Of a DNA stretch of 16,251 nucleotides, positions 10,056 through 16,251 are shown piece after piece. Source of the stretch: Antedon mediterranea (Eukaryota; Animalia; Echinodermata); contig NC_092678.1 of assembly GCF_964355755.1 (NCBI RefSeq), forward strand, positions 17,422,914-17,439,164, read 5' to 3'. The notes under the pieces were generated by a model. It did no database searches. It saw only the letters and a list, made by a program, of their open reading frames with translations, and had not been told where the DNA came from. Positions within the stretch are counted from its first letter, which is position 1. Each line of letters begins with the position of its first letter. The translations under genes were made by a program, and so were the position numbers.

Positions 10056-10830
10056 GTAAAACATTTCTCAAAATAAGTATTTTTCAGAATATTAAAATAG
10101 AATTGACTTCAATTCAAGCAAAAATAGTCTTGATAGGATATAGTATGATATTGACTTCTTATCTTAAGTAAAACATTTCTCAAAATAAGTATTTTTTAAA
10201 ATATTGCGAATCTCAATTTAAGCAAAAATAGTCTTGATAAGATAGTATGATATTGACTTCTTATTTTAAGTAAAACATTTCTCAAAATAAGTATTTTAAA
10301 GAATATTGCGAATCTTGATTCAAGTAAAAATAGTCTTGATAAGATAGTACAGTATGATATTGACTTCTTATTTTAAGTAAAACATTTCTCAAAATCAGAA
10401 TATTGCGAATCTGAATTCAAGCAAAAATAGTCTTGATAGGATAGTATGATATTGACTTCTTATTTTAAGTAAAACATTTTTCAAAATAAGTATTTTTTAA
10501 AATATTGCGAATCTCAATTTAAGCAAAAATAGTCTTGATAAGATAGTATGATATTGACTTCTTATTTTAAGTAAAACATTTCTCGAAATAAGTATTTTTA
10601 AGAATATTGCGAATCTTGATTCAAGTAAAAATAGTCTTGATAAGATAGTATGATATTGACTTCTTATTTTAAGTAAAACATTTCTCAAAATAAGTATTTT
10701 TAAAAATATTGCGAATCTCAATTTAAGCAAAAATAGTCTTGATAAGATAGTATGATATTGACTTCTTATTTTAAGTAAAACATTTCTCAAAATAAGTATT
10801 TTTAAGAATATTGCGAAACCTAATTTAAGA
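10048..10830. repeat. Right subterminal tandem array, ~102-bp unit, ~7.5 copies
   Basis: Unit ttcttattttaagtaaaacatttctcaaaataagtattttttaaaatattgcgaatctcaatttaagcaaaaatagtcttgataagatagtatgatattgac; explains the 34-aa repeat ORF at 10497-10790. Confidence 0.96.
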
Positions 10831-11510
10831 AACTTTGTCTTACCTAGAAAAATATTTATTGTTTTAAGTAATTTTTAGAATTCATCAATCTTGATTTAAG
10901 AAAAATTATTCTTGATAGGGATAAATATAATATTGATTTCTTATTTTAAGTAAAATACTTTTCAAATTAAGTATTTTCAAATCTTGTTTTAAGCAAAACT
11001 ATTCTTAATAAGAAGAGAATGATATTGACTTCTTATTTTAAGTAAAATATTTCTTGTAATAAGCATTTTCAAGAATATTGCGAATCTTGATTCAAGTAAA
11101 AATAATCTTGATAAGGGTAGTGTGAAATTGACTTCTTATTTTAAGTAAAATATTTCTCAAAACAAGTATTTTCAAGACTATTGCGAAACCTAATTTAAGA
11201 AACTTTGTCTTACCTAGAAAAATATTGATTGTTTTAAGTAATTTTTATAATTCATCAATCTTGATTTAAGAAAAATTATTCTTGATAGGGATAAATATAA
11301 TATAGATTTCTTATTTTAAGTAAAATACTTTTCAAATTAAGTATTTTCAAATCTTGTTTTAAGCAAAACTATTCTTAATAAGAAGAGAATGATATTGACT
11401 TCTTATTTTAAGTAAAATATTTCTTGTAATAAGCATTTTCAAGAATATTGCAAAACTTAATTTAAGAAAATGTGTCTTTTCTAGAAAATTATTTCTTGTT
11501 TTAAGTAATT
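10815..11510. repeat. Higher-order ~370-bp duplication built from diverged array units
   Basis: gaaacctaatttaagaaactttgtcttacctagaaaaatatt occurs at ~10815 and ~11185 with collinear downstream sequence. Confidence 0.88.
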
Positions 11511-12199
11511 TTAAATCTTGACAAGAAAAAAAATACTTATTTTAAGAATTTTTTCTTAAAACAAGATTTTTTTTTCTTGCTTAGAATTTCAAATTTTGCT
11601 GTGTAACTAGAGCCTTATTTTGACATTCGATTCAAGGTTGAAGTGACGAATAAATTGAATACAAATTTACTTTAGAACAGTAGGTGTGTTTAAATGTGTG
11701 ATTCATAATATAAAAACAAATATACATTGGTTGCCTACTTATTTATATTGTAGATGTATGTATCAAGATTTACTTGTCAGTATGTTTATCTTGGGTCATA
11801 GTTTGTGGAACCAAAGTACACTCAACTGCTCTACATGTTACAATAGATATATATATATATATTTGTATTTTACATATTTGATTTTGTTTATTATGTAACA
11901 CAGGTTACTTTCCTTCTATTATCTCAAGTCTTATTTTTGTATTTACCTTTATGTTAATTTAATGTTTTTTTTTTGTATATTTGTAAATTTGATTGGCTAT
12001 AAATAAATAAGAATAACAAAGTTATATTTTTGTAAATAAAAGTGAAAAAATGAATACATTTTGATTATGTTTTATCACGGTTTTGTATGAAATATCATTA
12101 TATAACTAAAACACAATAAATTGTATGCAATAATGGAAGCTAAGAAATTAATTGATAGTTTTACAGTTATAAAAAATTAATTATTAAATATTAATAAAA

Positions 12200-12292
12200 T
12201 ACAGTTGAACCTCTTGTAAACGGCCACGGCCACTTATTTTTACTACAAATTAGATTTTTTGTATGGTAAATTACCTCCACTAAGCGGACACC
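12200..12292 (+). mobile_element. Possible end fragment of a Tc1/mariner-pogo-like MITE
   Basis: ta|cagttgaacctc start with repeated aacggccac / taagcggacacc motifs; no partner TIR seen. Confidence 0.4.
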
Positions 12293-12437
12293 CAAAACAT
12301 TTGTATTGAATTTTGACAACCAAAATACACTTTTGATACTTATTGTGCTTTATTTAGAAGCGGTTTTAAAAACATTTCCGTGAAGAACATTCCTGTGGTT
12401 TTTAGAGGAGATGAGAAAACTACACTGATTATATATA

Positions 12438-14027
12438 CTAGATGGCACGCTCGCTTCGCTCGCGTACCATCTAGGTCGTGCCCACAGATGGTTCTCGAAT
12501 ACACAGTATTTCCAGCGAGAAAAAAATGGAGATTTCAAATGTACGTACCGCAGGACTATAATACATTGTCGTTTACAGAAACGAATAAATATACACAATG
12601 ATTTATGTAGTCAACCAAAATTAGCACCCTGGGAATTACTTCCGAGAGAGAAACAAAATGAGTCAAATTTTTTTATTTGGACTCATTTAAACAAACCCAA
12701 TTTGTGTTTTGTATGTAACATTAAGGGTTGAGGGATGGGGGAAGAAGATAGGTACAAAGAGGAAACATTTTAAAATATATTCTTATCCACTCAGTAACGA
12801 AATATTGTTTTTAATGTTTTATAGGCCTATAAATAATATACCACTAAATACAGTAAAACATTTACGATTTAATACGGTACTTTGTTAAAACTCTCACTGT
12901 CATAGTCGATTGAAATAGTAAAGTACATGTAACGATACACCACTACGACGTTTATATATTTTTAAATTATTAATTAATACAAACGTTGAGAAGCAACTGT
13001 CAGTAATAACGTTTATTTATTTGTATATTATATGTTTATAATCTAACAGTAGGGCCTACCCACACTCACAGTAATAAAGTTTATTTGTATATATTTTTAT
13101 ATTACATCTAACAGTACCAACACTCACAGTAAGAAATTTGCGATTCAAATTGCTATCAAAAGTGGTTAATACCTTAACAGTATTGTACAGCATTGCAATA
13201 CTATTTATGTTTATTCTCCAAGGGGGCCCATAAATCTAAATCTATACCTTTATGGTTAAACCAAATAATTTGGAATGTTTATTTGTATATTATATGTTTA
13301 TAATCTAACAGTAGGGCCTACCCACACTCACAGTAATAAAGTTTATTTGTATATATTTTTATATTACATCTAACAGTACCAACACTCACAGTAAGAAATT
13401 TGCGATTCAAATTGCGATCAAAAGTGGTTTTAACCATTAAAATACCTTAACAGTATTGTACAGCCAGGGAACTCCCTGGTACAGCATTGCAATACTATTT
13501 ATGTTTATTCTCCAAGGGGGCCCATAAATCTAAATCTATACCTGTATGGTTAAACCAAATAATTTGGAATGTTCCATTCATCACAAATCAATACATTTGT
13601 AAAAACGTATATTAAATGTATCAAAATAGTATTTTTTAAAGAAAATCGGCCTGTCTTCAACATTATGATGCTGTACTCGAACTGTTCAACCGGTTTTCAG
13701 CTATTAAAAACAATTATCGTAGGAGGAGATAGGAAAATGCGAAGCCTCCTCGCATTTTTGTGGCGGGTATTTTTCAAGATGGACATCCATTAGACAGTGT
13801 ATACCACGATCGGAAAACACCCCTATTTGGGGCAAATCGTTGAACCTAAATTCGTTTTAATCGTCAATAACTAATTATCTAACTTAATTTAATTAGTAAA
13901 CAGGGTTACATCAGGTGGTTAAAATCAGTACCGAAAGTACGAACCAACTTTATATACCATCGAGTAAAAATTCTAGAAGTAAGGCGCGATTTACCGAATT
14001 TTGCCCTTACGTAAATTTATATATAGA
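12438..14027 (-). mobile_element. Non-autonomous Helitron-like element, ~1590 bp
   Basis: Minus strand begins A|TCTATATATAAA (14027) and ends with a GC-rich hairpin then CTAG|T (12438); insertion between A and T with no TSD fits Helitron rules. No Rep/helicase ORF. Confidence 0.62.
13016..13572. repeat. Tandem duplication, ~260/295-bp copies, inside the Helitron-like element
   Basis: ~13016-13277 and ~13278-13572 are nearly identical; copy 2 has two short extra segments (~13429-13440 and 13465-13485). Confidence 0.93.
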
Positions 14028-14584
14028 TTACATCGATTGTATAAACTCATTTACAAGATATATTATGGAAATATTGAGGCCACTTGTTATCATTATGAAA
14101 ACTCACAAATAATCACATCTGATAACGTATGACAATATTGACAATGATTGGTTGAGATAATGTATATTTACAGTGTTTTTTTTTTAATTGTCATTAATTC
14201 TTCTTTTATATCTAATATATTTCATAATTTAATAGATATGCTTGAATTCTCTGCTTATCAACTTTTACATCTATTTATGCGAGTTGACATTTATTTATCA
14301 AGCATAGAAGGATGCAAAATACAAAACAGATAAACAAACATTGGAATTGGGCACAACTAGAAGATACATCATCTTATTGAAGCTACTATTAATATATTTC
14401 AAATCATTGGTGGAGCTGTTGAAAATAACTTTATAAAGTTATAATTATTTGCAATTACTTTGCAATTAATCTAATAATCATTGATGCATTCACTCTCCTG
14501 ACACTAAGACAAACTCTTACATGTACACTCTTAAACCTACGAAAGCCTATTAGGGCCAACAATAAAAATAATATTGCTTTCACA

Positions 14585-14725
14585 AATTCGAAATAACGAA
14601 TTATTAATTCGTTTTCTTGAATTATTAATTCGTTATTTCGAATTTATTTAAGTAATTTGAAATTTCGAATTATTAATTTGAATTTTCAAATTAGTAATTC
14701 GTTATTTCGAATTAAATAATTCGAC
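14585..14725. repeat. Palindromic ~22-bp repeat cluster (ttcgaattattaattcgttatt-like)
   Basis: About six gaattattaattc-type units; aaattcgaaataacgaatta at the start is inverted by taattcgttatttcgaattt near 14625-14645. Confidence 0.85.
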
Positions 14726-14800
14726 CTCTGCCCTTTCTAATGACATCCAAACCATCCCGGATTACATTAGCTCATAGGGTGCTAATGCAATCTGGTCATC

Positions 14801-15130
14801 ATGCGTCCTGAAAACATTTGGATTAGATTATATTTCAATCGTAGCTTAAATTATCAAGATATTATTGAAATGTTAGCAGAAGATCATGATATTTTGATAA
14901 GTAAACGGACATTAAAGCGAAGGCTGAAAAAATGTGCCTTAGTCGAAGAAAACGGCATTCTGACGAACTGGAAGCCAATTACAGACGTCAGGGATGCTAC
15001 ATGGGTACAGGTGGATGCACATTCGTTGCACACAAAATGGGTTAAACATAGATAAAGAGACGGTCAAATAATTTAAACCTTCTTGACCCAGAGGGTGTCG
15101 AAGCAAGGAGACGACGACTACACGTCACAG
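14801..15130 (+). pseudogene. N-terminal fragment of an IS3EU-like (integrase-core family) transposase
   Basis: Across frameshifts: IRLYFNRSLNYQDIIEMLAEDHDILISKRTLKRRLKK / GMLHGYRWMHIRCTQNGLNIDKETV (~14991-15065) / LLDPEGVEARRRRLH (15079-15123). Ends before any DDE core. Confidence 0.75.
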
Positions 15131-15411
15131 AAGAAAAAAATTAGGTACCCCCAAACAGGGCTCGAAACGAAACGATACAATACCGTATTTCCTTACAGTT
15201 ATATAATATAGCCCTTCGAGAGAGAAACAAGGTTGTGTGTATTCACGAACAAACTTTACCTTGAAGAACTATACCGCTATACCCTATTTGTAATTCCTTG
15301 TACCAAAACGAAAGTATGCTAATAAGAGCGATGAAAGGGTAAATGGTAGACGAAAAAAGTATACATTTTTTATTTCATAATGTTTAACATTTTTATTTGT
15401 ATGCATTTTAG

Positions 15412-15722
15412 ATAAAAAGACCAAGACATCCCTTGGAGACTTCCTAACATTTGTTACTGGTGCTGACTCAATTCCCCCTCTTTGTTTTAGCAACCAGATA
15501 CATATACATGTTTTTAGTAAGGAGCGAAAGATGAGAGGTTACCCGACAGCCAGTACATGTGGGTTGGATTTACACCTCCACCGTGGATATGACGATCCAT
15601 TGGAATTCACAACTCTAATGGAAGAAGCCATCATAAATGGCAAGGGTTTAGAAAACTTTAAAGATGTATTGTCCCACAAAATCATGAAGAATAAAAGATT
15701 TTTTAAATCGGACTTTGAATAG
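15412..15722 (+). pseudogene. Terminal exon encoding a HECT E3 ubiquitin ligase C-lobe (G2E3-like), probably decayed
   Basis: Acceptor ttttag| at 15411; LGDFLTFVTGADSIPPLCFS...RGYPTASTCGLDLHLH...FTTLMEEAIINGKG matches the HECT C-lobe pattern (L.FVTG...P, PxAxTC with Cys codon at 15558-15560). The expected GFG..* ending looks frameshifted (ggtttagaaaactttaa). Confidence 0.8.
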
Positions 15723-16251
15723 GCAATTTTGCAGTTTTAATGAAGTTGTTTTCATAAGTCAAAAAACGAGAAAAAATATTATTTCACCTTTAGAAAGACA
15801 AAACAGTTAAACAGTTAAATTACCCCAAATTAGGTTAATATTTTTTTTTCAGACCCATTTTTTTGTGAAAGTGAATAACTATTATGTGACATTAAAATAA
15901 CATATTCAACAAAACAATTAAAAAAATATTGTTTTCAGGGGGACAATATATCTCTAAATTCTTATCAAGTTTTAGTAGCCAACAGTTTTGTAATTGTTTC
16001 AGAAATAAAATACTGTTATTAAAGTTTCAATAAACAAAATGTTGTTGTTAAATTACATCTGTTTTACTGTATTGTACAGCTACATAACACAGTTCTGTCT
16101 GATCATCACCAACTGAACATAATACTATAAATATAATTGTTTATATTGTATTCAGTACATGTGTTCGTTGCAATTGTTCTAACTTTGTATTGAAAATAAT
16201 ATCACAGCGACAATTAATTAATAACAAAACCGATTTATAAAATGATAATGT

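Larger units (their letters stand above)
4756..11603. mobile_element. CACTA/EnSpm (CMC)-like DNA transposon, non-autonomous deletion derivative, 6848 bp
   Basis: Left end TA|CACAGCAAAATT, right end AATTTTGCTGTG|TA (12-bp perfect inverted terminus, imperfect similarity over ~70 bp, 2-bp TA flanks). Related subterminal arrays lie on both sides and two decayed genes resembling animal EnSpm ORFs lie inside. Confidence 0.85.
14538..15722 (+). mobile_element. IS3EU-like DNA transposon remnant (left end; right end not identified in window)
   Basis: Putative terminus tacgaaagcc at 14538, subterminal palindromic repeats at ~14585-14725, then a transposase-like N-terminus and a HECT exon. Confidence 0.5.

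Noticed and set aside
10497-10790. 97-aa ORF with 34-aa repeats
   Set aside because: Translation of the 102-bp array.
11686-14333. Short ORFs of 61-82 aa in this interval
   Set aside because: Low-complexity AT-rich translations without motifs or splice support, several overlapping repeats.
15212-15339. Possible exon upstream of the HECT exon
   Set aside because: Plausible splice sites, but it has a stop in the best frame and no motif I can recognise.

Overview
AT-rich eukaryotic (animal, probably invertebrate) genomic DNA with GT-AG introns; most ORFs in the supplied track are artefacts of repeats. It reads as four blocks. (1) 789-2939: exons of a tandem death-effector-domain (DED)-like gene, followed by a duplicated mini-exon and an internally deleted paralogous DED exon. 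(2) 4756-11603: a 6.85-kb CACTA/EnSpm-like DNA transposon (TA|CACAGCAAAATT...AATTTTGCTGTG|TA) with both ends intact. It has large subterminal arrays (about 20 x 63 bp left; about 7.5 x 102 bp plus about 2 x 370 bp right) and two head-to-head decayed spliced genes: a SAMD3-like accessory ORF (minus) and a C2H2-led transposase (plus) truncated by internal deletion. (3) 12438-14027: a likely non-autonomous Helitron on the minus strand. (4) from about 14538: an IS3EU-like transposase remnant followed directly by a HECT E3-ligase C-lobe exon. Comparing sibling repeat copies also exposes several candidate transposon excision footprints. Family assignments come from manual translation and remembered motifs, not database searches.
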